Assembly: GCA_014729775.1 (NCBI GenBank)
Contig: WJJJ01000031.1
Location: 7,074 to 71,073, forward strand
Direction of reading: 5' to 3'
Length of the DNA: 64,000 nucleotides
Origin: Candidatus Omnitrophota bacterium
GTDB lineage: Bacteria > Omnitrophota > Gorgyraeia > Duberdicusellales > 4484-171
This document shows, piece by piece, positions 29,563-39,844 of the stretch. Each line of letters begins with the position of its first letter. The first letter of the stretch is position 1. The position numbers were made by a program, and so were the translations under genes. A model generated the notes under the pieces. It was not told the DNA's origin. It searched no databases and saw only the letters and a program-made list of their open reading frames with translations.

Positions 29563-29861
29563 TTTTTACACACCCGTAATTTAGAGCTGTCTTTCATTAC
29601 CTTTACTCCCACCCGTACTCCCCGGTTGCACTGTCCGCAATAAGGGTTCAGTACCGAAAAGGGCAACGGGGCCGGTACTTCGCGTATTCCTCCCTGTTCA
29701 GCCTCTGTCCGGCGCCGGATATGTTTCTTGACCATGTTCAGGCCGTCTACAATGGCGCGTTGCTGTTGCGGGAATACTTTGAGCACCGTGCCGGTTTTCC
29801 CTTTCTCTTTTCCGGCATTCACGTACACCTTATCGCCTTTTTTTATTCGTGCCAGACTCAT
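29544..29861 (-). CDS. rplX: 50S ribosomal protein L24
   Basis: IKKGDKV..AGKEKGK KOW motif; start at 29861. Confidence 0.96.
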   Translation of the reverse strand: MSLARIKKGDKVYVNAGKEKGKTGTVLKVFPQQQRAIVDGLNMVKKHIRRRTEAEQGGIREVPAPLPFSVLNPYCGQCNRGVRVGVKVMKDSSKLRVCKKCQQAI

Positions 29862-29865
29862 GATT

Positions 29866-30231
29866 TTAAATAACCTCCGGGGCAAGGGAAAGAATTTTCC
29901 CGAATTTCTCTCTCAATTCACGGGCAACTGGACCGAATACCCGGGTTGCCCGGGGATTTCCCTGTTTATCGATGATGACGCAGGCGTTATTGTCGAATTT
30001 GATCGCCATTCCGTCCTTCCGCTTGATGGGAAAATGGGTGCGTACGATCACCGCCTTCACCACCTCTCCCTTTTTGATGGGAGCGTTGGGAATAGTTTCC
30101 TTGACACTCGCGGTAATGACGTCGCCGATATCGGCGTGTTGCTTATTTTTCTTCCCGGTCACGCCTACAAACGACACTTTTTTTGCTCCGCTGTTGTCAG
30201 CGACGTTTAATCGTGCGGTCAGCGTTATCAT
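29866..30231 (-). CDS. rplN: 50S ribosomal protein L14
   Basis: [23 protein letters not shown]. Confidence 0.98.
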   Translation of the reverse strand: MITLTARLNVADNSGAKKVSFVGVTGKKNKQHADIGDVITASVKETIPNAPIKKGEVVKAVIVRTHFPIKRKDGMAIKFDNNACVIIDKQGNPRATRVFGPVARELREKFGKILSLAPEVI

Positions 30232-30467
30232 TTCACGATCTCCAACAGTTCGAATCTTTTTCGCTTGGAATAGGGTTTTGATTCGATTATTCTGACCCGG
30301 TCATTTACTTTTGCTTTATTGGTCTCGTCGTGCGCGGAATATTTTTTTCTGCGTTTCACCATCTTTTTATAGAGACGGTGAGCCATGTGCGTGCTTACCA
30401 TTACTTCGATGGTTTTATCCATCGCGTCGCCAACTACCGTCCCTTCGAGCACTTTTCTCGATCCCAT
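30228..30467 (-). CDS. rpsQ: 30S ribosomal protein S17
   Basis: [17 protein letters not shown]. Confidence 0.96.
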   Translation of the reverse strand: MGSRKVLEGTVVGDAMDKTIEVMVSTHMAHRLYKKMVKRRKKYSAHDETNKAKVNDRVRIIESKPYSKRKRFELLEIVK

Positions 30468-30479
30468 AACGATATCTCC

Positions 30480-30659
30480 TTATTTTTTCTTGAGCACCGT
30501 ATGAATACGGGCGATATCTTTTTTCAACTGCCCGAATAGATGCGGTTTTTCCACTCCGCTTTTGCGTTTATACTGCAGCTCCATGAGCTCTTTTTTTAAT
30601 TCATCCTGTTTGTGCGCCAGTTCTTCCCGTGAAAGCTGGCGTAATTCGCTTGCTTTCAT
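30480..30659 (-). CDS. rpmC: 50S ribosomal protein L29 (below ORF-track cutoff)
   Basis: Manual translation MKASELRQLSREEL...EKPHLFGQLKKDIARIHTV (59 aa). Confidence 0.95.
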   Translation of the reverse strand: MKASELRQLSREELAHKQDELKKELMELQYKRKSGVEKPHLFGQLKKDIARIHTVLKKK

Positions 30660-30661
30660 TT

Positions 30662-31072
30662 TTACCTTCTCTTTACGAACATCGTACGGAATGGTAATTT
30701 ATACGCGATCAGACGCAGAGATGCGCGCGCGTAATCTTCAGGAACTCCGCCGATCTCAAAAATCACTTTTCCCCGGCGGATGACCGAAACCCATGAATCG
30801 GGATCTCCTTTCCCTTTTCCCATTCTCGTTTCCGCGGGTTTCTTGGTCACGGGTTTATCCGGAAATACCCTGATCCACATTTTTCCGCCTCTTCGCAGCC
30901 GCCGTGCCAATATTACCCTGGTCGTTTCCAGCTGGGTGTTTTTCAACCACCCGCATTCCAGGGCTTTGATGCCGTATTCCCCGAACGCGACGTAGTCTCC
31001 GCTTGTGGCCAGTCCCCGTTTTTTCCCTCGCTGAGTTTTCCGGTGTTTTACGCGTTTTGGAATAAATGCCAT
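30662..31072 (-). CDS. rplP: 50S ribosomal protein L16
   Basis: PKRVKHRK, WIRVFPDKP, RMGKGKG. Confidence 0.98.
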   Translation of the reverse strand: MAFIPKRVKHRKTQRGKKRGLATSGDYVAFGEYGIKALECGWLKNTQLETTRVILARRLRRGGKMWIRVFPDKPVTKKPAETRMGKGKGDPDSWVSVIRRGKVIFEIGGVPEDYARASLRLIAYKLPFRTMFVKRR

Positions 31073-31087
31073 AAGGACCCTTTTCTG

Positions 31088-31759
31088 TTACGCGGCCTTA
31101 TCCGTTGACCCGATAAGATAATATCCGATATTCTTTTCCCCTTTATAAATCCACACTTTGACTCCGATCGTTCCGTAGGTGGTTTTCGCGACATGAAATC
31201 CATAGTCAATGTCGGCGCGGAACGTCTGCAAAGGCACTTTTCCGTGCTTGTATCCTTCACTGCGGGCGATTTCCACCCCGCCCAGACGCCCTTTACATTT
31301 TACTTTGATGCCTTCGCAGCCCAACGTGAGCGCCTGCTGGATCGAACGTTTCATCGCCCGGCGGAAATGGACGCGTTTGATCATCTGAAACGCGATCAGT
31401 TCACTGACCAGCTGCGCGTCAGTCGCCGGATCAATGACCTCTTCGACGTCGATTTTAATGTCTTTTTTCGTCAGTTTCCCCAGGATATCCTTGACCCTTT
31501 CGATGTCCTGTCCCCTTCTTCCTATGATTACCCCCGGGCGGGAAGTACGCACTTTGATCCGGATCAGTGTCGGAGAGACACGTTCAATCCCAATGGATGA
31601 GATTGACCCCATGGGATAATTCTTTTTAATCGCGGCGCGGATTTTCGTGTCTTCTTCGAGATAATCGGCAAATTCGCTCTTACGCGCCGAAAACCATTTT
31701 GACGCCCAGTCTTTGCCGAATCCCAGTCTTACTACATACGGATGTACTTTTTGTCCCAT
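31088..31759 (-). CDS. rpsC: 30S ribosomal protein S3
   Basis: MGQKVHP, RPGVIIG, GRLGGVEIARSE. Confidence 0.98.
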   Translation of the reverse strand: MGQKVHPYVVRLGFGKDWASKWFSARKSEFADYLEEDTKIRAAIKKNYPMGSISSIGIERVSPTLIRIKVRTSRPGVIIGRRGQDIERVKDILGKLTKKDIKIDVEEVIDPATDAQLVSELIAFQMIKRVHFRRAMKRSIQQALTLGCEGIKVKCKGRLGGVEIARSEGYKHGKVPLQTFRADIDYGFHVAKTTYGTIGVKVWIYKGEKNIGYYLIGSTDKAA

Positions 31760-31763
31760 TGCG

Positions 31764-32132
31764 TTACCTTTTCTTCCCCGCGGGTTTATGAGATACCAGT
31801 TTTTCCGTGGTATCCAGCTCGATTTTAATATGCGAAGTCCTTTTCTGGATTACTGTGGCTCTTCCGAACGCCGCCGGCCGGTATCTTTTATACGCAGGGC
31901 CCGGATTGGCAATTACGCGTGAGATTATCAGTGAATCCTCGTCAAATCCTTTTACCTTGGCGTTTGCGATCGCGGAGTCGAGCACTTTCCGCAAGTGAAA
32001 CGCGCCTTTTTTGTTGACCGATAACAGCACCGCACGGCTGTATACCGCGTGTTTCCCTTTGATTAAAGGAATCACCGGCCGTACTTTAAACGGTGAAATT
32101 CGGATGTTTTTTGCTTCAGCGTGTGCGATCAT
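31764..32132 (-). CDS. rplV: 50S ribosomal protein L22
   Basis: RISPFKVR, SAIANA, KRTSHI. Confidence 0.97.
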   Translation of the reverse strand: MIAHAEAKNIRISPFKVRPVIPLIKGKHAVYSRAVLLSVNKKGAFHLRKVLDSAIANAKVKGFDEDSLIISRVIANPGPAYKRYRPAAFGRATVIQKRTSHIKIELDTTEKLVSHKPAGKKR

Positions 32133-32151
32133 GGTCGTAAAAAATTATCTT

Positions 32152-32179
32152 ATTATACTGTAAATATGTGAAATTTCAA
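32152..32179 (-). promoter_or_regulatory. Putative internal promoter between rpsS and rplV
   Basis: TTGAAA-16 nt-TATAAT in an AT-rich 54-nt gap. Confidence 0.6.
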
Positions 32180-32186
32180 CTGTTTT

Positions 32187-32474
32187 TTACTTTTTCGCGA
32201 TGGCTTTTTTCGCTTTAATCCCGCCGTGCTGTTTGAACGTGCGCGTCGGCGCGAATTCACCGAGCCGGTGCCCGACCATGGATTCAGTAATAAATACGGG
32301 GATGTGTTTTTTTCCGTTATGCACCGCGAAGGTAAGTCCCACAAATTCCGGAGTGATGAGTGAGCGGCGCGACCAGGTTTTGATCGCCTTGCGGGTTCCC
32401 GCTTCCCGCGCTTTCATGACTTTCTTCTCCAGCTTTTGGTCAACGAAAGGTCCTTTTTTTACCGATCTTCCCAT
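32187..32474 (-). CDS. rpsS: 30S ribosomal protein S19
   Basis: [23 protein letters not shown]. Confidence 0.98.
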   Translation of the reverse strand: MGRSVKKGPFVDQKLEKKVMKAREAGTRKAIKTWSRRSLITPEFVGLTFAVHNGKKHIPVFITESMVGHRLGEFAPTRTFKQHGGIKAKKAIAKK

Positions 32475-32483
32475 GATTCTCCT

Positions 32484-33329
32484 TTATCTTCGTTTTTTGC
32501 TTCTCCGCTTCAAAATCATTTTATTACTTTTGTTTTTCGGCCGGCGCGTTTTTCCTCCCTTTGCGGGCGCGCCCCACGGCGAAACCGGATGGGGATTTCC
32601 CTGGCCGGCTTTCCCTTCACCCCCGCCGTGCGGATGATCCACCGGATTCATCGCCACTCCCCGGACTTTCGGCCGGCGGCCCATCCAGCGGACGCGTCCT
32701 GCTTTTCCGTGGACGAAAGACGCGTGTTCAATGAGGCCTACCTGTCCGACCGTGGCGTGGCATTCTTGATTCACCAGACGTATTTCCCCGCTCGGCATCC
32801 GCAGCTGGGCGGTTCCTCTCTCTTTTGCCATTAACTGTGCCCAACTGCCCGCACTGCGTACCATTACTCCCCCCTTGCCCGGGTTGAGTTCTACGTTGTG
32901 AATAAGGGTTCCCAGCGGCATATACCTGAGTTTCATGGTATTGCCGGGTTTGAGTTCAACCTGTGAATCATCCGAGCTGATCACGGTATCGCCGACCTTC
33001 AATTTGTCCGCCCACAGGATGTATCTTTTTTCCTCGTCCTGATATTCGACAAGTGCGATTCTCGCGCTGCGGTTCGGATCATATTCGATCGCGGTTACTT
33101 TTCCGGGAACTCCGTATTTGCGGCGTTTAAAATCGATGATCCGGTATTTCCTTTTATGTCCTCCGCCGCGGCGCCTCATGGTGATTTTTCCGCGGTTATT
33201 CCTGCCGCCGCTTTTATGGAGCGAAACGGTAAGTGATTTTTCCGGTTTTTTCTTGGTTACTTCTTCGAAGGTCGAAGTCGCCTTATACCGCCGAGTGGGG
33301 GTAACCGGTCTATATTTTTTAATGCCCAT
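32484..33329 (-). CDS. rplB: 50S ribosomal protein L2
   Basis: [27 protein letters not shown]. Confidence 0.99.
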   Translation of the reverse strand: MGIKKYRPVTPTRRYKATSTFEEVTKKKPEKSLTVSLHKSGGRNNRGKITMRRRGGGHKRKYRIIDFKRRKYGVPGKVTAIEYDPNRSARIALVEYQDEEKRYILWADKLKVGDTVISSDDSQVELKPGNTMKLRYMPLGTLIHNVELNPGKGGVMVRSAGSWAQLMAKERGTAQLRMPSGEIRLVNQECHATVGQVGLIEHASFVHGKAGRVRWMGRRPKVRGVAMNPVDHPHGGGEGKAGQGNPHPVSPWGAPAKGGKTRRPKNKSNKMILKRRSKKRR

Positions 33330-33341
33330 AATACTCCCTTG

Positions 33342-33632
33342 TTACGTAAGCTTTATTTCGTTTCCCTCTTTTAACGTGACCGTGGCTTTTTTCCACGCGG
33401 TTGTTTTCCCCGGCTGATTGAATCTTAACCGTTTTGTTTTTCCTTTGACTATCGCGGTGGTGACGTCGGTAACTGTTACTTTATATAGTTTTTCCACCGC
33501 GTTCTTTACTTCGACTTTATTGGCGTTCGGATCGACCTGAAAGACGTATTTCCGCTTGGGCAGTCCAAGACTGCTTTTTTCGGTAATGACCGGTGCTTTG
33601 ATGATGGAATAGATGCTCTTTACCCCAGACAT
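33342..33632 (-). CDS. rplW: 50S ribosomal protein L23
   Basis: PVITEKS, WKKATVTL. Confidence 0.96.
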   Translation of the reverse strand: MSGVKSIYSIIKAPVITEKSSLGLPKRKYVFQVDPNANKVEVKNAVEKLYKVTVTDVTTAIVKGKTKRLRFNQPGKTTAWKKATVTLKEGNEIKLT

Positions 33633-34279
33633 TTTTTTATCCTTTCCTGCAGTGCGGTGAGGGCGCCTTCGGTAATGATTAAGCGGGTGCAGTTGAGCGC
33701 TTCATATGTCGTGAGCGTATGCGCCGCACACAACTCTACCCGGGGTATGTTTCTCGTTGCCCTCTTGAGTTTTTCGTCATGATCGGTCACCACGAATCGT
33801 ACCTTTTCGTTGTGCAATCCGGTTTCCTTGAGCATGGCCGCGATTTCTTTGGTTTTTCCGTCCTTGATTTTTAGTTCGTTCAGCACGAGAAGTGCTCCGT
33901 CGGCAAATTTCGCGTTCAACGCGCTTTTGAGCGCGTTCACGCGCATTTTTTTCGGGAATCCCTTCCGGTAAGAATGAGGCTGCGGGCCGAACGTAACGCC
34001 TCCCCCGGTCCAGAGCGGCGAACGGATCGAACCCACTCTGGCTCGTCCCAGACCTTTTTGCCGCCAGGGCTTTTTTCCGCCTCCGCGGACCTCTCCCCTG
34101 TTTTTGGTGGCCGCGAGTCCGAACCGCTGGTTCGCGCGGTAGGTGACGACCGCCTGATGGAGCAATGTCTTGTTGACGCTGCCGTCAAAAACCGCCGGAT
34201 CAAGCGTGACGTTCTTTTTTTCCTTTCCCTTGCGGTCAAGAACCGCGATTTTTTGTGAATTGGTGGATGCAGAGGTCAT
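33620..34279 (-). CDS. rplD: 50S ribosomal protein L4
   Basis: GGGKKPWRQKG.GRAR, GGGVTFGP. Confidence 0.97.
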   Translation of the reverse strand: MTSASTNSQKIAVLDRKGKEKKNVTLDPAVFDGSVNKTLLHQAVVTYRANQRFGLAATKNRGEVRGGGKKPWRQKGLGRARVGSIRSPLWTGGGVTFGPQPHSYRKGFPKKMRVNALKSALNAKFADGALLVLNELKIKDGKTKEIAAMLKETGLHNEKVRFVVTDHDEKLKRATRNIPRVELCAAHTLTTYEALNCTRLIITEGALTALQERIKKCLG

Positions 34280-35235
34280 GATGTTGCCTTTGTTTTTACC
34301 GTTTTTCTCCTGGTGATGCGGACCAGTGTTCCCTTCGGGCCCGGGACCGCGCCTTTCACAAAGATTAAGCCCTTTTCCGGATCAATTTTCAGTATTGTGA
34401 GATTTTTGGTGGTTCTGTATGTATTCCCGTACTGTCCGGGCATGTTGAGACCTTTTATGATTTTTGACGGGTCGGCACTGGCTCCGACTGAGCCTATACG
34501 GCGGTGCGTGGTCGATCCATGACTTTTCGGCTGTCCACTCCATCCGTGGCGGCGCATTCCTCCGGAAAATCCCCGTCCTTTGGTCTTTGCCCGTACGTCG
34601 ATAATATCATTCTCCTGAAATATTTCGGCTCCGATACGGCGGGAATCAGCAGCGGGACCGGATTTCTGCGCTTCGCCCTTGTGCTCGCCGGGATTTTGTG
34701 TTTCTGGAGAAGACGCGTCTTTTTCTGTCTTGTTTTCCGTATCTTCCGCCGGAGCGGATTCCGGGCTGTCGTCCGTTTTTTCCTCCGGTATTTTTTCCTC
34801 GGACTTGGTGTTTTCGTCCCCGGCTTTCTCCTCTGCTCCCTGCTTATGCGTTTCTGCCGCGGCAGGCTTGGAGTCTTTCTCTTCCGCCTGAGTATCCGCC
34901 GATTCATCAGGAGATGCCGGTTCTTCCGTCTGTGACGGAGTTTCCTGGCCGGGGGAAAAGACCTTGTCGATTCCCTCATCCGCTTCTACTTCCCGAATCA
35001 TGCGGTAGGCCGCGGTTTTAAGCGACCGGAAGTAGCCAAGCTGGGGTTTGCGTATTTTTTTGTGCTGCGTTTCGGCCAGTTCAAAGCAGCCGATACGGAC
35101 TTTATTCTCTGCCCCCGGTTTTTTTTCCAGTATATACGCCGGTTCCACTCCGATCAGCGTGACAGGAACCGCGTTGGCTTCTTCGTCGAATATCTGTGTC
35201 ATCCCGATTTTTTTTCCGTACATTTCTTTCAACAT
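34276..35235 (-). CDS. rplC: 50S ribosomal protein L3 with large internal low-complexity insertion
   Basis: GKKIGMTQIF, TKGRGFSG, SHGS, VKGAVPG; 319 aa versus the usual ~210. Confidence 0.96.
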   Translation of the reverse strand: MLKEMYGKKIGMTQIFDEEANAVPVTLIGVEPAYILEKKPGAENKVRIGCFELAETQHKKIRKPQLGYFRSLKTAAYRMIREVEADEGIDKVFSPGQETPSQTEEPASPDESADTQAEEKDSKPAAAETHKQGAEEKAGDENTKSEEKIPEEKTDDSPESAPAEDTENKTEKDASSPETQNPGEHKGEAQKSGPAADSRRIGAEIFQENDIIDVRAKTKGRGFSGGMRRHGWSGQPKSHGSTTHRRIGSVGASADPSKIIKGLNMPGQYGNTYRTTKNLTILKIDPEKGLIFVKGAVPGPKGTLVRITRRKTVKTKATS

Positions 35236-35250
35236 AACAGCCTCGGTTGG

Positions 35251-35559
35251 TTATACTTCCTGTTTGATCTCTACGTTCACGCCGGCCGGGAGGTTCAGTT
35301 TGCGCAGCGCATCGATGGTTTTGGGCGTCGGATTATCCAGATCGATTATCCGTTTATGGACCGCCAGCATGAACTGTTCGCGCGATTTTTTATCGACGTT
35401 GGTCGAACGGTTTACGGTATATACCTTTTTCCTTGTGGGCAGGGGTACCGGTCCGTTTACCTTCGCGCCGGTCCGGAAGGCTACTTCCACGATTTCCTGC
35501 GATGACTGATCAAGGACCCGGTGATCAAACGCTTTGAGCTTAATCCTCAACTTTAACAT
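35251..35559 (-). CDS. rpsJ: 30S ribosomal protein S10
   Basis: [22 protein letters not shown]; start at 35559. Confidence 0.97.
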   Translation of the reverse strand: MLKLRIKLKAFDHRVLDQSSQEIVEVAFRTGAKVNGPVPLPTRKKVYTVNRSTNVDKKSREQFMLAVHKRIIDLDNPTPKTIDALRKLNLPAGVNVEIKQEV

Positions 35560-35583
35560 TCGTGTTTCTCCAGATTTAATGAC

Positions 35584-35610
35584 GCGCTGCAACCGGTAAG
35601 GTTGCAGCGC
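35584..35610. other. Hairpin in tuf-rpsJ spacer (processing, attenuation or leader)
   Basis: GCGCTGCAACC-ggtaa-GGTTGCAGCGC perfect 11-bp stem, no U-tract. Confidence 0.55.
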
Positions 35611-35630
35611 ATCGTACATTCAGTTTACGT

Positions 35631-36836
35631 TTATTCGGTAATTTCGGTAACGACTCCGGCGCCCACGGTTCGTCCGCCTTCCCGGATTGCGAACCGCAAT
35701 TCTTTTTCGACCGCGACCGGCTGGATTAATTCGACATCCAGATTCACGTTATCTCCCGGCATTACCATTTCCACCCCTTGAGGCAATTTACAGTTTCCGG
35801 TGACGTCCGTGGTCCGGAAATAGAACTGAGGACGATATCCGGAAAAGAACGGTGTGTGCCGTCCTCCTTCTTCTTTTTTCAGTGCGTACACCTGCGCTTT
35901 GAATTTTTTGTGCGGCGTAATAGAACCCGGTTTTGCGCATACCATTCCTCTTTCCACCGCGTTTTTCTCAATTCCGCGCAGGAGCAGGCCGACGTTGTCT
36001 CCGGCCTGGCCTTCTTCCAGGATCTTACGGAACATTTCCACTCCGGTGACGACTGTTTTCTTGGTGTCTTCGTGAATACCGACAAGCTCTATTTCCTCTC
36101 CGACCTTGACTTTTCCTCTTTCGACGCGACCGGTGACCACCGTTCCGCGGCCGGAGATCGAAAATACGTCTTCCACCGCCATAATGAAGGGTTTGTCGAT
36201 GTCCCGTTTCGGGTCGGGAATATAGCTGTCAGCGGCTTTCAGCAGTTCGAGAATCGCTTTCACGTTCTCTCCTTCGAAGTTGCCGCCGTCCATTTCTTCA
36301 AGCGCTTTCAACGCCGACCCCTTTACTATAGGTACGTCTTTGCCCGGGAATTCGTACTTTGTGAGCAGATCCCGGACCTCGACTTCGACAAGATCGACTA
36401 ATTCCGCGTCGTCCATCTGGTCGGTTTTGTTAATAAACACAATGATCGCGGGCACGTTTACCTGACGGGCCAGCAGGATGTGTTCGCGGGTCTGGGGCAT
36501 AGGACCGTCGGTTGCCGCGACTACGAGGATGGAACCGTCCATCTGAGCCGCACCGGTAATCATGTTCTTAATGTAGTCAGCGTGGCCGGGGCAGTCGATA
36601 TGGGCATAATGACGGTTCTCGGTTTCGTACTCAACGTGAGCAATGTTTATGGTCACTCCCCGTTCTTTTTCTTCGGGAGCTTTGTCGATATCGCCGTATT
36701 TCAGTTCGGTAGCGCCGCCGGTGTGCGCGAGAGCTTTAGTAATTGCCGCGGTAAGCGTGGTTTTTCCGTGATCAACGTGTCCGATCGTGCCTATGTTCAA
36801 ATGCGGCTTAGACCTTACGAATTTTTCCTTTCCCAT
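35631..36836 (-). CDS. tuf: Elongation factor Tu
   Basis: [32 protein letters not shown]. Confidence 0.99.
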   Translation of the reverse strand: MGKEKFVRSKPHLNIGTIGHVDHGKTTLTAAITKALAHTGGATELKYGDIDKAPEEKERGVTINIAHVEYETENRHYAHIDCPGHADYIKNMITGAAQMDGSILVVAATDGPMPQTREHILLARQVNVPAIIVFINKTDQMDDAELVDLVEVEVRDLLTKYEFPGKDVPIVKGSALKALEEMDGGNFEGENVKAILELLKAADSYIPDPKRDIDKPFIMAVEDVFSISGRGTVVTGRVERGKVKVGEEIELVGIHEDTKKTVVTGVEMFRKILEEGQAGDNVGLLLRGIEKNAVERGMVCAKPGSITPHKKFKAQVYALKKEEGGRHTPFFSGYRPQFYFRTTDVTGNCKLPQGVEMVMPGDNVNLDVELIQPVAVEKELRFAIREGGRTVGAGVVTEITE

Positions 36837-36856
36837 ACCAGCACCTCCTTTTCAAG

Positions 36857-38938
36857 TTATATCCCGAGTATTTTTGTGAGTATTTCGTCCGGAACCTTCT
36901 CGTAATATGAAGGCTCTATTGTATAAGAAGCTCTGCCTTGTGTCAAGTTTCTTAATACATCAGCATAATTAAACATTTCCCGGAGCGGGACGTCGGCTTT
37001 GAGCACTTTTACCTTCTTGCGGTCGCCGATATTTTTGATGTGTCCGCGGCGCGAATTTAAATCGGCAATGATCTGACTCAGATATTCAGTCGGGGTCACT
37101 GCTTCCAGGTTCATAATCGGTTCCAGTATTACCGGTCCGGCCTTTTTGAGGCCGTCTTTAAATCCGATTTCCGCCGCGATTTTAAAGGATAATTCGGTAG
37201 AATCCACGTCATGGGATGAGCCGTCGATCAGGGTTGCTTTCACGTCGACCAGCGGAAACCCGCCCAGGATACCGCTTTCACCTGCTTCCATAACCCCTTC
37301 TTTTACCGCGGGGATGAATTCTTTGGGGATGATCCCTCCCTTGATTTTGCTCTCGAATTGTATCCCGCTTCCTTTGGGGAGGGGTTCCATGACGAACACT
37401 ACGTGTCCATACTGTCCTTTTCCGCCGGTTTGCTGGACGAATTTACCGATAGACTGAATGCGTTTGGAAATCGTTTCTTTGTAGGCGACCTGGGGCTTGC
37501 CTATCTTTGCTTCGACGTTGAAATCCCTCAGTAGCCGGTCGACCATTATTTCCAGATGGAGCTGGCCCATGCCCGAAATCACATTCTGGCCGGTTTCCTT
37601 GTTGTAGACTACCCGGAACGACGGGTCTTCCGCCTCCAGTTTTTTGAGACCGGAAATAAGCTTTTCTTCGTCTGCTTTGGTCTGAGGTTCGATCGCGACC
37701 GATACCACCGGTTCCGGGAATTTCATTTCTTCCAGAAGGATCTGTTTATTCTGGGCGCAGAGAGTGTCTCCGGTAGTGGAGTCTTTCAATCCTACCAGAC
37801 AGACGATGTCTCCCGCTTTGGCCTCGGAGATATATTCCTGTTTATTGGCGTGCATGCGTACGATTTTGGTGATACGTTCTTTGGTTTGCTTCGTGGCGTT
37901 ATATACGGTGCTTCCCGAAGATATTTTCCCCGAATATACCCGGGTATAAAAAAGTTTTCCTACGAAGGGATCCGTGAATACTTTAAAACACAAGGCGCAG
38001 AAGGGTTCACGGTATGATGCCTCTCTCGACTCAGGAGACTTTTGATGCGGGACGACACCGGTTACCGCGCCGACTTCCCGCGGCGACGGCAGAAAATCGC
38101 AGATCGCGTCCAACAAGAGCTGTACTCCTTTGTTTTTGAGCGCGCTTCCGCATAAGACAGGAATAAATTTATTCTTCAGGGTATATTCCCGTATCATATG
38201 CTGTATTTCGTCGTTGCCGACAGGCGCCGCTTCCAGCACCTTGTGCATGAATTCGTCATCGAGTTCCGCCAGTTTTTCGAGAAGAAACTCGCGATGTTTC
38301 ATGACTTGTTCTTTGCGGCTTTCCGGGATTTCCCCGGTGCGGAGTTTCGTTCCGGATTCATCTTCACAGGTGATCAGTTTCATGCGTATAAGATCGATAA
38401 TTCCGATCAGGGTATCCTCTTCGTAGTAAGGAATCTGCACCGGGGCAATGACGTTGAGAAGTTTCTCCCCCATTTCGCGTACGACCCCGTCAAAATCGGC
38501 GCCGGCGCGGTCCAGTTTATTGACGAATGCGATCCGGGGAATATGATATTTATCGGCCTGGCGCCACACGGTTTCGCTCTGCGGTTCCACTCCTCCGACC
38601 CCGCAGAAAATCACCACTACCCCGTCAAGTACTTTCAGGGACCTTTCGACTTCGACAGTAAAATCGATATGACCCGGAGTATCGATGATGTTGATCTGAT
38701 GATTTTGCCAGTGACAGGACGTCGCGGCGCTGGTGATGGTAATTCCCCGTTCCCGCTCCTGCTGCATCCAGTCGGTGATGGTGGTGCCGGCGTCCACTTC
38801 GCCGAGCTTGTAGGTCCGGCCGGCGTAAAAGAGCGCCCGTTCGGTGGTCGTCGTCTTCCCTGCGTCGATATGGGCGACAAACCCGATATTGCGTATGAGA
38901 TCTAATTCTTCTTTGTGTTTAGTCATTACCGTATTCAC
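36857..38938 (-). CDS. fusA: Elongation factor G
   Basis: AHIDAGKTT, RGITI, DTPGH, NKLDR; start 38938 or 38926. Confidence 0.97.
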   Translation of the reverse strand: MNTVMTKHKEELDLIRNIGFVAHIDAGKTTTTERALFYAGRTYKLGEVDAGTTITDWMQQERERGITITSAATSCHWQNHQINIIDTPGHIDFTVEVERSLKVLDGVVVIFCGVGGVEPQSETVWRQADKYHIPRIAFVNKLDRAGADFDGVVREMGEKLLNVIAPVQIPYYEEDTLIGIIDLIRMKLITCEDESGTKLRTGEIPESRKEQVMKHREFLLEKLAELDDEFMHKVLEAAPVGNDEIQHMIREYTLKNKFIPVLCGSALKNKGVQLLLDAICDFLPSPREVGAVTGVVPHQKSPESREASYREPFCALCFKVFTDPFVGKLFYTRVYSGKISSGSTVYNATKQTKERITKIVRMHANKQEYISEAKAGDIVCLVGLKDSTTGDTLCAQNKQILLEEMKFPEPVVSVAIEPQTKADEEKLISGLKKLEAEDPSFRVVYNKETGQNVISGMGQLHLEIMVDRLLRDFNVEAKIGKPQVAYKETISKRIQSIGKFVQQTGGKGQYGHVVFVMEPLPKGSGIQFESKIKGGIIPKEFIPAVKEGVMEAGESGILGGFPLVDVKATLIDGSSHDVDSTELSFKIAAEIGFKDGLKKAGPVILEPIMNLEAVTPTEYLSQIIADLNSRRGHIKNIGDRKKVKVLKADVPLREMFNYADVLRNLTQGRASYTIEPSYYEKVPDEILTKILGI

Positions 38939-38990
38939 TATCGATTCCTAGTTTCATCATTTCTGTCCCGTGGACGTTTCCGGGAGGTGG

Positions 38991-39458
38991 TTACCACTTA
39001 AAATGGGCAAATGCCCGGTTTGATTCAGCCATTTTGTGGGTATCATCTTTCCGTTTGATCACCGATCCCTCGTTCTTATATGCGGAGAGGATTTCGTCGG
39101 CAAGCCGCTGGTTCATGGGTCTCCCCTTTTTGCCCCGCGCATAATCACGGATCCAGCGCAGGGCGATGGAGATGCCTCGTTCCTTGGTCACTTCCATCGG
39201 AACCTGATAGGTTGCGCCGCCGATCCGGCGGGGCTTTACCGCGAGCCGGGGTCGGGCATTGTCCAGGGCGGTAAAAAATACCTTTACCGCGTCGGCCTCA
39301 GTTTCTTTTTCCACCCGGCCGAAGGCGTCATACACGATTTTCTGCGCGGTCGCTTTTTTCCCGTCGCGCATAATAATATTAATAAAATGACCGATGATCT
39401 GAGAATTGTATTTCGGGTCGGGATTTGGTTCTTTTCTCGATGCGCGTCTTCTTCTCAC
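38991..39458 (-). CDS. rpsG: 30S ribosomal protein S7
   Basis: GTG start 39458 after AAGGAGG; RRIGGATYQVP, MAESNRAFAH. Confidence 0.97.
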   Translation of the reverse strand: MRRRRASRKEPNPDPKYNSQIIGHFINIIMRDGKKATAQKIVYDAFGRVEKETEADAVKVFFTALDNARPRLAVKPRRIGGATYQVPMEVTKERGISIALRWIRDYARGKKGRPMNQRLADEILSAYKNEGSVIKRKDDTHKMAESNRAFAHFKW

Positions 39459-39469
39459 GATTGTCCTCC

Positions 39470-39844
39470 TTACGATTTTGGTCTTTTGGCCCCGTATTTC
39501 GAGCGTGACCGTTTCCGGTTCTGCACGCCCTGACAATCGAGGGTGCCCCGTACGATATGGTACCGGACTCCGGGCAGATCCTTTACCCTTCCGCCGCGCA
39601 CAAGCACAATTGAATGTTCCTGCAGATTGTGCCCCTCTCCGGGAATATATGCGGTGACTTCCTGCCGGTTGGTAAGCCGGACGCGGGCGACTTTTCGCAG
39701 TGCCGAGTTCGGCTTCTTCGGGGTCATTGTTCTTACCTGAATACATACGCCCCTTCGTTGAGGGCAGTTTTGCAGCGCCGGAGACTTTGTCTTTTTTCGT
39801 TTTAAGACCCGGGGTTTCCGGATCAGCTGGGTTATTGTTGGCAT
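39470..39844 (-). CDS. rpsL: 30S ribosomal protein S12
   Basis: [20 protein letters not shown]. Confidence 0.99.
   Translation of the reverse strand: MPTITQLIRKPRVLKRKKTKSPALQNCPQRRGVCIQVRTMTPKKPNSALRKVARVRLTNRQEVTAYIPGEGHNLQEHSIVLVRGGRVKDLPGVRYHIVRGTLDCQGVQNRKRSRSKYGAKRPKS

Noticed and set aside
34642-34974. Intein or mobile insertion in L3
   Set aside because: No C/S...HN splice junctions, endonuclease motifs or terminal repeats; simple low-complexity sequence.
39459-39746. N-terminal extension of S7 overlapping rpsL
   Set aside because: True start is GTG 39458 with a strong SD; the extension is just an open alternative frame.
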